The translations under genes were made by a program, and so were the position numbers. A stretch of 63,980 nucleotides of DNA, the filler included, from Basidiobolus ranarum (Eukaryota), in assembly GCA_040143965.1 (NCBI GenBank). It is 3 parts of 3 records of this genome, joined end to end, with 100 filler letters (N's around TTAATTAATTAA, not from the genome) between each part and the next. Parts side by side here need not be neighbours in the genome. Positions count along the whole stretch, not along the records: positions 1 to 22,943 come from JASJQH010000176.1; 2 more parts are not named here. The stretch is one strand, 5' to 3'. Shown one piece after another: positions 1-12,852 of this stretch. The stretch's first letter is position 1. Each line of letters starts with the position of its first letter. Below the pieces are notes generated by a model, which was given only the letters and a program-made list of their open reading frames with translations, was not told the DNA's origin and made no database searches.

Positions 1-442
1 ATTACTGCTATGAAGTCAGTCATTGCCGAGTGCAACTAAACCCCTTGTCAAGGATCATGATTGTAATGCTGATCACTTGAATTATACATATATATATATA
101 CGAGAATTATTGCGTACATAAAAATACCAATGCTTAGAAATTATAGTTATTGATAGTCAATTAATACTCATGAATTGAATAAAAATCATTTCTTAACTAC
201 ATCAGATTTGTTATTCAATTTCAATGAAAAAAGTATAAAATGTTTAGGAAAGTATTAATGAAAATTTTGGGTTAAATGAAATATCTCGTATTTCTATGTT
301 TAATGGTTACAAAAGTTTATGGAGAATATTAGGTCAAAGGAAAAACATTAAACAACTAGTAGGGGTAATTCTACATTATAGACAACAATATACAGGTGAA
401 TATGGTTTTGATCAAAAGTGACAATCTAGTTTGCTATTATAT

Positions 443-1365
443 TTAAACTATTGAAGTCATGGAAGCAAGATTTGGGCCTTCATGTTCAGCCAATTCAGGT
501 TTAAACTTCTTGCCTATGCGATCCCGTAATTTGTGTATGTACAGCATTGTAGCGAATACGACTATAAAGAACAAAGCTACTCCCAAATAAATCAAAACAA
601 CATATCCAGGTTTCCTTGCATACCAATCCAGGAACCCATAAACAAAGTAATCATTTCTTCAAAATAGAGGTTAATATCGAGATAATGGTAGAAAAAAGAA
701 CAAAGAACACTTACATTGCATAATTTAAAAATGCCAAACACATATATAGAATAGGGAATAGCAGAACAAATGGTAGATAAATCCATTCCAATGTCCACCT
801 CCCTAACGCAACTTCAATGATCATGAAAAAGAAGTCACTGCCGTGTATTGAGCCATTGATCCATATCAGCAAATTACTCCGATTTGAGGGAGTAAATATC
901 AGAGTCCAATACACTATCGGAACCACTACATGGAATACGACCACTGTCTGGTAAAGTAACCAGTATACGAAACGAAAGAATGGTGAGCGGGCTATCCATG
1001 ACGAATGCAGGAATTTCATTGAATCATTATAATACGATATCGAATGGTAACTTGACACCTACACAAAATTCACTTTTAAATTTACTTTCATCGAAATAAC
1101 GACTAGAGACAATGCTTACCATAAAGTACGCAATCAGGCCCAGGAAAGATAAGTCAGTGAAATAAACAAAGAACCCCTCCCAAATATTATCAATATTAAC
1201 GATGATGTTCGCAATTGCCACAGTTAAGGTGTATATCACGGTGATTACTCTGGTGAACATCAATACGTAGGAAGGAACAAAATTGGACGTGACTGGGACA
1301 GTTATATCCAGACCATCTAACCCAAGTCTTGTGTAGAATGATGTACGTCGCGCTTGATAATCCAT
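443..1365 (-). CDS. Multi-pass membrane protein, rolling-stone/FAR-17a-like (3 exons: 1365-1120, 1058-715, 656-443)
   Basis: GT-AG splicing joins the ORFs into one hydrophobic protein with motifs FFVYFTDLSF, VVPIVYW, SIHG and NDYFVYGFLDW. Confidence 0.7.
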
Positions 1366-1775
1366 GGTTTAAATTGGGTTTACTATTTCCACAGATATTC
1401 GAGGAATGGAATGATATGGAGAATGATGGATAGATTTAAGCTGAACAGAAACCAAGGGAACAAAATAATTTAGGAAAGTGCAGTGATTTTTACTCTCAAA
1501 TCCTCCAAAAGAATATATAGAATATTCGCAAAGACAATAGAGTGTAAAAATCCCTCGGGGTCGCAATCGATATACGCCTGGTATATAAAGGCTATAGGGA
1601 TTATTAAACTGAAACCAACAAACACTCATCGTTAGCAACTAACAACATTCACCGACCACATGCTACGATATGAGATCGGAGGATTATGTATCAACATTCT
1701 TTTTACTCTTTATTTTAGTGGTATTACGATTAATCATTTCAAACCTCAGAACCCAAAAGCTGCTCTAAAATTTAC

Positions 1776-2402
1776 TTAATCAAAAGTCTTGAGGAGTTTA
1801 ATAATTTGTGAAGTCCACTTATTATAGCAATCTTCGTTACACATATCTGCTACTCTTCCATGCAAATCATGTAAGAGTGGCTTCAGTTTAGCCCCAACAT
1901 CGACCTGAGAGCCACTTAATCTATTAGTAATAGTATTACGAATTGATTTATGAAAAGCGCGACCAGGCTCAGTATCTTTTTGGATTTGCTCTACTACACC
2001 AGCATTGGCGAGCTGAAGAGCATCATCTATAAAGTAAATGACAGAGCCAGGTGAGCCACAAAGGGAAGAGCAGTTATAGTTGGGACAACCCTCAATATCT
2101 TGCGGGCAAGGACCACGGTACTTGGTGAAAACCTGTCGATCTACAGCCTTGGGCAATCTGTTTAAAAGAGTGGTCTGTAAATCAGCAATGTTTTGCTCAA
2201 TATCATGTTTCAGTTCTGGAACATTCTGAATCTCAACCATGAATGTAGTTTTGATATCCTCGGTTAAAACCGCTATGTAGTTAGCAATAATAGGTGAGTA
2301 ATTATCAGCAAAAGCTTTGTTGATTCCATTTCTACAATCCATCTCGCATGCACTACCTACAAGAGCACTACCAAGAATTAATAGGATGTTATTGAGACGC
2401 AT
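1776..2402 (-). CDS. Secreted cysteine-rich protein of unknown function (intronless)
   Basis: 208-aa ORF with an N-terminal signal peptide (MRLNNILLILGSALVGSA) and motifs CEMDC, CPQDIEGCPNYNCSSLCGSPGS and CNEDC. Confidence 0.75.
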   Translation of the reverse strand: MRLNNILLILGSALVGSACEMDCRNGINKAFADNYSPIIANYIAVLTEDIKTTFMVEIQNVPELKHDIEQNIADLQTTLLNRLPKAVDRQVFTKYRGPCPQDIEGCPNYNCSSLCGSPGSVIYFIDDALQLANAGVVEQIQKDTEPGRAFHKSIRNTITNRLSGSQVDVGAKLKPLLHDLHGRVADMCNEDCYNKWTSQIIKLLKTFD

Positions 2403-3029
2403 TTAGTGATCGGAAATTTTAGTGAACAAAAACATCTGTGGGTTCAGGAAATTTATATCAAACTCAAGTGATAAAATATTCGCTGTTGTCCACGGCGCAA
2501 GATTATTTTGAGTAATTTCGGCATCTGCTGAATACAGGCTGAATATAGTCTTCATTAAATGTGGAAGGAAAGAAACCCACTCAATTGGACCTTGCCTGCT
2601 TTTAACATTTAATCTACAAAACGTGCGAAGTAATTAACCTTCCTTTTGTTGAGAATTTTGGCGTTCTTCATTTCATTTATGATGAAACAATAGCTCACTC
2701 GATGTTTATTTCGGATTTTAATTAATTTGGATTTCATTTGTGATATACCCATCAAAACTAGTATATGCTTGTCTCTATTGGAGACGAAAACTCAAATGCA
2801 ACAGCCATAGTCTAGTTGATGTATATCTGAACATTAAGCCTCAATTTTCAATAATTATGGGATATATGCTACTGTAAGATAGTTGTTAGTGTGGCTATCT
2901 TTGTTAATACAAACCAATATTCGCGCCAATAAATTTCTCCATTCCAGTATAACACCAAACATGGATCATATATTCTAGAATTTGGAGTTAGATTCCAGAT
3001 CCTGTTTATTCACTGAATTTTGAAAAATA

Positions 3030-3368
3030 TCGATCTCTGGATACTCGGTATTTTTACTTTGGTCATCTATTTCTCCAAGATTGAGTTCATTGGATTGGAA
3101 ACCATCATTCCATTTTGGAAATCTAGATCAAATCTTTCTTACCACCCGTCAAACCTACCCACTACCAAGTGTACAGTGTCCAAGAATCAACAATACAGGG
3201 CCCATACTGGTCAATACAGGGTGCACGGATTGATGAAAGAGAAGAAAATCAAATGATTCTATAGAATGGCAAAAGATATCACCACCAATTATGATCTTCT
3301 CTCTACTCGAGGAACACAGGGCCACTCCCCAATGGATCATTTGTAGTACCAAATTTGGGGGGAAGGTT
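3030..3368 (+). mobile_element. Degenerate 3' end of a Ty3/gypsy (chromovirus-like) LTR retrotransposon
   Basis: Ordered, frameshifted remnants: LGIFTL (GPF-like), PSFH (HPxFH-like, ~3102), QYRV..KK (~3212) and EW-KRY (WKGY-like, ~3263), followed by a polypurine tract GGGGGGAAGG (~3357-3367). Confidence 0.3.
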
Positions 3369-3757
3369 TTAGTCTCACCAGTGGCTGAGTAATTGCTAAT
3401 GATCTCACATCAGGTTTGTTACATAAGAAAAATTTCCCTTGTAAAACAACCAACAATTGGAATGAAAATCTGGATTGATTTAACGAATGAAGTAGTCGCA
3501 GTAATCAAGAAATTGTATTCGTAAGTAAGTGGGTTGGAATTTCGAAAGACCAATCTTGTGGAATAAATTTCTTTTAACGTATTTATTGACACAAACGCAT
3601 ATGTAATTATTATGTGTAAAATCGTTATCGAATCCCTAATATAGTCTATGAGGGTAAATTCAAAGGGTATTGTGGAGAATAGAGGATTGCAAGCGACGAT
3701 GATCGTTTAAGTAACAAAAGGAGGAGTGAAGATCTATACAACTTATATTATCTGCAA

Positions 3758-4954
3758 TTAAGCAGCAACTCGGGTGGCCTCTGGGACAACATACTGAGGA
3801 CGTAGTCTGGTCAGCATATCCTCTACCATACCGGCAGTGTCGAAGTCATGCTTCCAATTCCAGTCTTGACGGGCCTTGCTATCATCAAAGGAACGAGGCC
3901 AGGAATCAGCAATAGATTGACGGTAATCAGGAGCATAAGATATTTCAAAATCAGGAATATGAGTTTGAATAGCGGCAGCAATTTCGGCAGGGGTGAAGCT
4001 AACTGCAGCCATGTTGTAAGTACGTTGAGTTAATTGTTCTGAGGGAGCTTCCAACATGTTGACGGTTCCCCTTAAGCAATCGGGCAAGTACATCATGGGG
4101 AGGGCGGTGTTTTTAGACAAGAAGCATTGATATCTTCCAGTTTTCAAGGCTTCATGGAAAATTTCGACGGCATAGTCAGTAGTACCACCACCTGGTAAAG
4201 TATCAGCGCTGATAATACCAGGATATCTAACGGAACGGTAATCAACACCGTACTTCTCATGGTAATACTAAAAGGATATTAAGATGAAATTTAGTTTAAA
4301 TAAGCATTTGAAAGTTGCGAAACATTAATAATTACTAACCTCACCCATCAGCTCCATATGTACTTTTGTGATACCATAGATAGTGTTGGGTCTCATAATA
4401 GTTAAATCAGGAGTATTATCTTTGGGAGTGGAGGGACCAAAAACGCCAATAGTACTAGGGGAGAATATACGAAGACCGTGGATTTTGGCCAAGTCAAGGA
4501 CATTTTGGAAACCTGACACGTTAACAGCAAGTGCTTGGGATGGGTTCTTCTCACCAACAGCAGAGAGGATAGCAGAGAGATGAACGACCCAATCGATTTG
4601 GAAATCAACTACCAAACTTTCAAGTTGTTGATAATTGAGAACATCGGCATATACAAAGGGTCCGTAGCCAAGGTTTTGTTCTTTTGGTTTACGGATATCT
4701 GAGGCAATTACGTTTTCATCGCCATACTTCTCTCTCAGTATTCTGACTAAACCAGAACCGAGTTGTCCTAAAGAACCAGTGACAAGGATTCTTGGAGTGG
4801 GCGCAACTGCATTGCTTGTATGAACTTTACGGCGAAGACTGTGTGAAATCACCTGAGGAGAGTGATAGAAACGGGTGGCTCCAGAAATAGTGCTAGAGAT
4901 AGGCTTTAAAGAAAGCGGACGGATTAAAGATGGGATATTCTTGGCAAAAATCAT
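3758..4954 (-). CDS. TDH: L-threonine 3-dehydrogenase, mitochondrial (extended SDR); exons 4954-4340 and 4267-3758
   Basis: Motifs [57 protein letters not shown] and RQSIADSWP, preceded by an Arg/Ser-rich presequence. Confidence 0.92.
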
Positions 4955-5344
4955 AGCGAACCACTTGAAACTAGGTGTAAAAAAAATTAAAAGAGAACCC
5001 ACTTGTATGTAAGTAGCGGACACTAGGGATCTTTTATAGCGGAAAGCATAGGTCAAGTGATAATCGGATTTAGATTGAAAATACCAACTTCCAATTTGTT
5101 ATTGATCTTTTAATGATTAACTCCGTGTCCGCGTGGCTTTCCTAACGTATCCATATCTTTTCCTTTTCTATATTGATTTGCTGAAAGTGACCAAGGGGAA
5201 GATTTACTACCGTCACAATCTCTTTCTGGTAATTACAGCCTTATCAATCAATCCGATGCCTCACAAACAATGATAGACTAAAAAGCCATGAATAACTACT
5301 CGTGAGAAGAACCGTGTACCCAGAAAGAGAGATTAAAGGCCGCG

Positions 5345-5404
5345 TAGAAAGACGAATTAGTATATAGAAAGGCGAATTAATATATAGAAAGGAGGATTAG
5401 TACA
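5345..5404. repeat. 20-bp tandem repeat, 3 copies (TAGAAAGRCGAATTARTATA-like)
   Basis: Directly visible: tagaaagacgaattagtata / tagaaaggcgaattaatata / tagaaaggaggattagtaca. Confidence 0.8.
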
Positions 5405-6763
5405 CAACGTACTGTCCTTATTGTGGTTAAAGCAAATGTCACTCACCAACCAAAACCAAAGTGTAACATGTAGAAAATAGAGCACGATCTGGATTTGAAA
5501 TAGGGAACTTTTAGGAACTGATTATATAGATAAACTACTTTGATGAAGCGCTCCTGTCAAATTGGAGTTACTCAAATCATGGGAATATCTTTACTGGCTG
5601 GATTTATTATTTATTTTATTTGCCGCATACATACAATTTGCTACTATTTTATTTGCACTGTCACTCGTGAGAAACCATTGAAACCTGGATTTATTTTCCC
5701 AGGAGTTATTATTCCCCTATAATTCGCAAGTTCATCGATTTTCACCGAACCAATTCCGAATATCACCGATCAGGACCCAAAGGATCAGCCTTTAAGCGGC
5801 TTCTCCAAGACCGGATTTTAAACAATAAAATAAACCACATAGAATAAATAAGCAACAATACGTGATTATCAAACTGGATTGAGTTTAAAATAGCGCATTT
5901 ATTCTCAGCAATAACTGGAAGAAGGCCAGGAAGTCATCCACAAACAAAACATACTTTCTTAAGTGAGCTTTACTAGTCCTAGTCGTATACGACTCTAACG
6001 ATGCTGTTAGACTCAGACGTTCATTCTCTAGACTTGATCTCAATTGAACTGTTGTATAGGCTAAGTGTCACTATTTCCTAATGCAATCTTTCTTACGCAA
6101 ACATTACAACCAACTTGAAGAGATCTTCTTAAGAAAACACAGAATCTGCCAACTCTATATTAAATACGCATTCTGTGACTTGTTTCAATCGAACTTATGC
6201 AATAGTGAGCCGTGGGCTGACTGTGGATTTACACAAGACCGTCGTATAACTCAGACTATTCTTGGAGTTTCCGTATTTCCTCCACTCCCTACCATTGTGA
6301 GATTCATATTAATCATCGGTGTTAATTTAGAAGAGTAAAATTATCTATTTTTAACCATCGCCTATAAACATCACCCATAACCGGCTGGTACAGCTGAAGC
6401 GAGAATATTGTCAGATCTTTTCCATGAGTTGGTCAAATGGAGAAATTGATTGGAACATCATTGCTAGTGGTATTTCGATTATATATGACATCCATTTATA
6501 GTTTATATATATCTATGTTTATATTACACTACTTATTACACTACTCACCTGTGACTCTTGGCTAAGTAATTTTTTCTCAAGAGTTTCTATATAAATCCGA
6601 ACTAAGCCATTAGGAAGTCTCAAACTCGTGAATCATTTAAATAGTAAACAACACCTGCAAGCTTTGTATCTACCCTTTCGCTTGTCAAAGCCTACATCTA
6701 ATTAGAAGTTGTGTTAATAGTTTTGTGAATTTTTCTTACCCTTACTTTGCTTTGTTCTCTCAA

Positions 6764-7989
6764 ATGAAATCTACCATTGCCCTATCATCCGCGCTATTGC
6801 TTGCCCTCGCATCTCCCACTATTGCTTGCGAGTGTGACATTCCGACTACTCAAAAGTATGTTTCCTATCGCGCCTCTAAACAAATAACTCTTGACGGTAA
6901 ATTGGATGATGAAGCTTGGGAAAAGATTCCTTGGACCAAGTACTTTGGAAATATTGAAGGTCCAGATGCTCCCTCCGCTCCTTCATTGATTAGCACTAGA
7001 ATCAAGATGATGTGGGATGATAAATATTATTACGTTGGAGCTGAGATGTATGAGCCTATCATTAGAGCCAGTACTACCAAGCCAGAAGTCGGCAAACGTA
7101 AGTGACCTGATTTATATCGGATGATGTATCTTATTGAATACTAATAATATTGTATCTTCTAGCCTTCGATGAAAACAGTATCAGCTTGTACCTTGACTAC
7201 GATCGTTCAAATCAAAATTATAAGGTGTTACAGATGAACGCTCTAGGTCTGTATAAATCTGTAATCCTCAATAAATCTCCTGCACAGAATGGTACCGAAA
7301 AACTATGGGATTTAGGATCTGACTTTCAGTACAAGATCTATGTCAATGGTAAAGTCAACGACCCTAGTTGGACCCCAGTGAAAGGAGGTTATTGGTCATT
7401 GGAATGGCAAATCCCGATAGACAAACTAAATAACAAAAATCTGGTGAAGCGAGGCCCAGACGATGTTCCGGCATATGCAAACATGCAGTACCTACGTACT
7501 GGTTATCCACCCACCAGCGTAGTGACACTACCACCGCAACCTCAGACAGATACTTCCTCTTTGTTCTTTGGAATTCCATTGGTTAACGTAAACGGCTTGT
7601 TGAGACGTCATAATGTCGGACCTAAATTCCAATTCACATGGACTCCTCAGTACTCTAATGATCCCAATAACCCCGAATTGTGGGGTAGTGTCATGTTTAG
7701 ACCGACTACCAATTCCTCCAAACCCTATGTTGAGGATCCTTCATACTATACTCGTTACGCCTTGACGCAGTTATACTACGGTCAGATGGCGTATGCACAA
7801 AAGCATCAAGGAAAATTCGCAGATTCTTATGCCGCACTTGGAATCGATTCGAAGGTGATTGGAAAATGCACACCCACACCTAAAATCAAGATATCCGAAA
7901 ATTGCACCACCTTCGAGGCATCCATCAAGTATCGCAAGCAAACTGGTTACATCAACCAAGAAAAATTGATCACTTTTATCAACAACTAA
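6764..7989 (+). CDS. Secreted carbohydrate-binding family 9-like (DOMON/CBM9-like) protein, copy 1; exons 6764-7097 and 7163-7989
   Basis: Signal peptide, then motifs ITLDGKLDDEAWEKIPWT, TRIKMMWDDKYYYVGAEM, MNALG, WSLEWQIP, WTPQ..PELWG and ALTQLYYGQ. The intron is phase 1 (GTAAGT..TAG). Confidence 0.8.
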
Positions 7990-8277
7990 ATCATATATCA
8001 CCATCTCCTTTTGTTGAATATCCATTAGCATCATCATTTTCTGATCCCAAGCTTTAAGCGTATTACAAAACCACTTTCTTCGTGTAACTAAAATCATTTC
8101 TAAGCAATATGGTGAGTTGTATAGGATGAGATAGTTTTATATAAATATCTATTGGTCTCCATAAATTACTCAAAACAAATGCGAGTGAAGTAGCCATGTA
8201 TCGAATGCAAGTATTTTTCAAAAATGACTCATTTTCGAGTTGACTAATTAATGATAAATAGAGAAGTTATTCACCAC

Positions 8278-8302
8278 GATGATGATGATGATGATGATGA
8301 TG
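8278..8302. repeat. (GAT)8 microsatellite
   Basis: Directly visible between the two CBM9-like genes. Confidence 0.9.
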
Positions 8303-8731
8303 GTCAGTAGTTGTATCACCATTTCTCCACATCTTTGATTGGTTTTCATCGAGCTTTTCTTCAACTGCAGTCACTTGTAATTCCCTTACTAAAGGTCAAT
8401 CCTCAGTACAGAGTGGGATACATTGCAGAGTAAAATTCAATGTGTGATTTGCCATTTCGATGCAGACCTTCCCATTGTGCATCCAATCGGTTATTTTAAC
8501 ACTGTGCACGATGTTGTTACTTTGGTAACATTTTACCACAGATTCGGCCATCTAGAGTCGGAGAGATGATAAAGGCCAACGGGAATAATTATGTTGGTAC
8601 GTGATATCCAAACGAACTTCATTTAAATAGCTGTTTCAACAGTTCTGGTGAAATTCGACAGTCAGCACTCCTTCATCACCCGACGTAGTTTGTATCTTTT
8701 CTAGCTTGTCTACGTATTTATTCGGTCAACT

Positions 8732-9958
8732 ATGGAATTGACTATTAGCTTGTTTTTCTTATTTATTTCGAGTACTTTGGCATATAACTGTGATATTCCT
8801 ACCTCTAAAACTCATGTATCATATCGTGCCTCTCAGCCCATCATTCTAGATGGACTATTGGGTGACGAAGCATGGAGCAAGGTTCCTTGGACAGATTACT
8901 TTGGAAATATTCAAGGGTCCAATGGGCCCGCACCTCCATCATCTATCAACACTCGAGTGAAGATGATGTGGGATGATAAGTATCTTTATATTGGCGCGGT
9001 TATGCATGAACCAGTCATTAGAGCTAATACCGAAAAGCCAGTAGTTGGTGAACGTAAGTACTTGATGCTGTAAATAACCAATGGAATATTAATCTAATCA
9101 AATACTATTCATTTATGCCTTCAAATAGCTTATCTAGACAATGATTTTCGTCTCTATTTGGATTATGACCGTTCCAACCAAAATTATAAGGTATTGCAAA
9201 TGAACGCACTTGGCCTCTACAAATCAGTAATATTGGATAAATCTCCCCATCAAAATGGCACTGAACGACCATGGGACTTGGGTGATGACTTCAAGTATAA
9301 AATTTACGTGCATGGGTCAGTAAATGACCCCAATTGGGAACCAGTGGAGGGTGGATTCTGGTCTTTGGAGTGGCAAATTCCCATAGCTAAATTAAATTCT
9401 AAAACATATCATAAACGAGGAAGTCCAGGGATTCCATCTTATATGAACTTTCAATTCCTTAGAACTGGATTTCCCCGTAAAAGTGTAGTGAATTTAGCGA
9501 CACAGTCTACTACGAACACCTCCCCTGCTTACTTTCTCTTCGGGGTTAATCCCAATAATACAAGTCAGATTCTTCAAAAACGACACAACAAGAGATACCA
9601 ACTCTCCTGGACTCCACAGTATTCAGATGATCCCAATAACCCAGAACTATGGGGAAGCATAATGTTTAGAGATACCACAGATACTCATCAGTCATATATC
9701 AAGGATCCGAGTGCTAGTACAAGATTCGCCTTGATGCAAATCTATTACGCCGAAGTAGAATATTCCAAGAAGCAACACGGCAAGTTTACCAATGCCTATG
9801 ATAAGTTAGACTTAAATTCCACTGTGATAGGCCATTGCACTCCCATTCCGAAGATCAAGGTCTCTCATGAATGTATGGAGTTTGAGGCCAGTGTGAAATT
9901 TGGTAAGCAAACCGGTCACATCAATCAAGATAAACAGCTGTATTTCACTAATCATTAG
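8732..9958 (+). CDS. Secreted CBM9-like protein, copy 2 (tandem paralogue); exons 8732-9053 and 9129-9958
   Basis: Colinear with copy 1 and has the same intron position and phase. Splicing restores PYLDNDFRLYLD. Confidence 0.8.
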
Positions 9959-10193
9959 ATCTCACACCCTCATACCCTCACGCCCTCACCTATTTATAAA
10001 TAGAATTCTGTTGAAGATATTTATTCATACTTGATTATATGTGGATCCAGATATGCGGATCCTGAGGGGATAGAATTATAGCAGATTGAAAGATAATTTA
10101 TCGAAAAAAATCATGGTATTCTTGTAAATAAATTGGAGTTCTAGGTTATCAGGTGTTAATTTAGGGTTGATTTACGATTAGTTTAAAGTTAAA

Positions 10194-12852
10194 TTAGCAT
10201 TCAGATGAATTCGATGCCACCGATAGTCTACGGGCTTGCGCTGGAGATGACACGGTGGAGTTTTTGTCTCCGAAAATATTTGTAATACTGAGACGTTTGA
10301 AGACTGATTTTTGACCTTTTTTAAGAGTACTTTGGTTAGAAGAGATGCTTGGACTAGGAAGCTGCTTAGGGGTTGGGGATTTGAAACGAGGCATAGTATT
10401 TGCTTGAATGGACTGTCGACGTGAGTTTGACTCGGACGAGGCAGTAGAATCGATGGATTCTCGACGATGGTTAGAAGAATACATGGAATGTCGATTGGAT
10501 GGAGTTACTCGACCATTTGTATTGGTTCGACGGGTTCCAGTCATTTTCAAGGCGTTTGATGGGGACATTGATCGAAGTGAGCTTGGAGGCCGAGAGGAAC
10601 CTCGAGTCAAGGGTGATGAGCAACGATCACGCTCTCTACCAATCATCGGTGAGCCGGCAGGAGAGTTGTTGAGACTTGAGGAAGCAGAATTTACGCCTGA
10701 ACGAGGTTTTGTAGACTGGCCATTAACAAATCCAAAGACCGAAAGGTTCACCGGTCTGTCGGCGATTTCATTGTGCTGATATTTGATAAGATACCATCAA
10801 TACTCTAAGTGGCTAAAAGACAGTGATTGCTACTCTTACCAGTGTCTCCAAATAGGGAACACCATTGTGCATAAATGGGGTATTTTCCTCTGTAATGTTT
10901 AAGCAAGCATGTTTTAGAACTTGGCGATGGCATGGTTTGTTTCTTTAGCACACTAACCGTTTTCGTATATCATGATGGCATCAATAAGTTGCTCTTCGAA
11001 CTTGAGCAAGTTGGGATATGCCGTTTTCCTCCATCTTTCCTCTTCATTTAACTGGAATGAACTTCGAAACAAGCGCTTAGGGTCAGATGCTGTCTTTTCA
11101 AAGTCAATCATTTTCTATATAGATGGTTTAAAATGTCAGTACTCCTGCTAGTTACATTGGTGCATTTGGACTGGTGCATTCAGACTCACCTGGATCAATT
11201 CCTTTCGTTCTTTCATGGTCTGAAAGATTTTGAGGCATTTATTGTATATTTGGTCCAGCCTTTCCATCTCCACCTGTAATATCTTTCCCCGCTCTACTTT
11301 ATCAACTAATCAAGTGCCCAGATTAGTATTAGTTTGTTTTTACTATTAGTTATACCAAGACACGAACCCCCTTCAAGAATCCTTTCAATTGTTCTATCAC
11401 GTTCATCTTGATCAACTTGGCATTTCTCCCACAGGTTAGTTAACTTGCTTTTATACTAAGAAATGTAAAGATCATTGCTTAGTGCTCATGTAATTCCCTA
11501 TCCATCTATGTGCTCTCTATACCTCTTCAATAATACTATCCAAAGAAGCTAGCAGACTTTGTCGAAGTTGGTTGAGCTCTAGAACCATCTGTGCGTAGTC
11601 ATTATATTCTTTAGACTCTCTGATGCAAAATATCCGTATCAGGTGAATCTTACCTCCGAGATGACCTTCTCATCAAAACCACGTCTAAACGTTTTCTGTT
11701 CGTTCACAGGCACCTCCAGATCATCATACAAACGTGTGATGTACGAGGAGATTCTCTCACGATGTTGCTTTCGTTCATTAAAATCGACACAGTATTGAAG
11801 TTGTTTAGATTTTAAAAGTTCAATACAATCCAAAGTTAGATTTAAAGGATCCTGGAGAGTAGGTGAATACCAACTGTGCTCTTCCAAAATTTCTATCTTC
11901 AAGTTGCTTCGAGTCTTTTCGAATAATGTGATTAATTCTTCTTCTAGAGGATCCGTAGCTGTAAATTCTAACGTTTCCCACGCTTCGTAGAGATTCCCAA
12001 CAGTGTTGTTGAATGTTCTTAAACGCTCACTCTGTCAAGACAAATGAAGATTTAGCTGAAGTATAGCTGACTGCTTTTTTGCTTCTCTTTGTAGTCAAAC
12101 CTTTATTTGGGAAAGCTCTTCGACTAGCGTACGAAGAAAAATCACCGTGGCGTTACTGAAGTCGTTCAATATCTATAAACGATAGACAATGAGTAGGTTG
12201 AAATAAGTCATTGAATCAACAATATCCTTCCTACTAATGATGGTAATTTCTCTGGAGTTCTCAATTCCATCGTCAGAGTTTTCAACTGTTCATGGTAGTT
12301 TCGAAGGGATGTTTTGTTTCGGTTGATTTCCTGAGATTTTACGATGATTTTAGTACAAAATTGAATGAAAATCCAAGTGAAGTAAATACTCACCTCACCT
12401 AACATCTCATCAAGTTCACACAATCGAAGATAGGAAGGATACAACGTATGGTAGGTCGAGAAATTGTGACCTATGTATAAATCAACATTCCTTCCTAGAA
12501 GCTTACATTTTTCCTCAACTGAGACCTATCGTGAATGATGATTAAATATCAAACATACATGATTTACGACATACAGATAGAACAGTACCTTTGTATCATC
12601 TAAATTTGCTATCAAAAGCTCACGTTGAAAGGATTCCTTCATAATTAGTTGATCAAGAGCATCTAAAGCAGGCTAAACCAGAATCAACATTTCATTAGAG
12701 GTACGAAACTATGCTACGAATATTCTTTGTGTAAAACAAACCTTCAATTTTAATTTTACCCACTCTGGTCGCTCTCTAGTTGAGTTTCTCAATAAACCCA
12801 AGTCAGTCCATATGTAAACAAGTTGCTCTAGACGGGGTTGGAATAGTTCCAT
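10194..12852 (-). CDS. ASE1: Microtubule-bundling protein of the Ase1/PRC1/MAP65 family (multi-exon)
   Basis: N-terminal LVYIWTDLG, coiled-coil exons, FEKTASDPKRLFRSSFQLNEEERWRK..PNLLKFEEQL, and a Ser/Arg-rich disordered tail. Confidence 0.75.

Noticed and set aside
5345-5404. Three 20-bp repeats considered as a CRISPR-like array
   Set aside because: Contiguous tandem units with no spacers, in a eukaryotic context with no cas genes.
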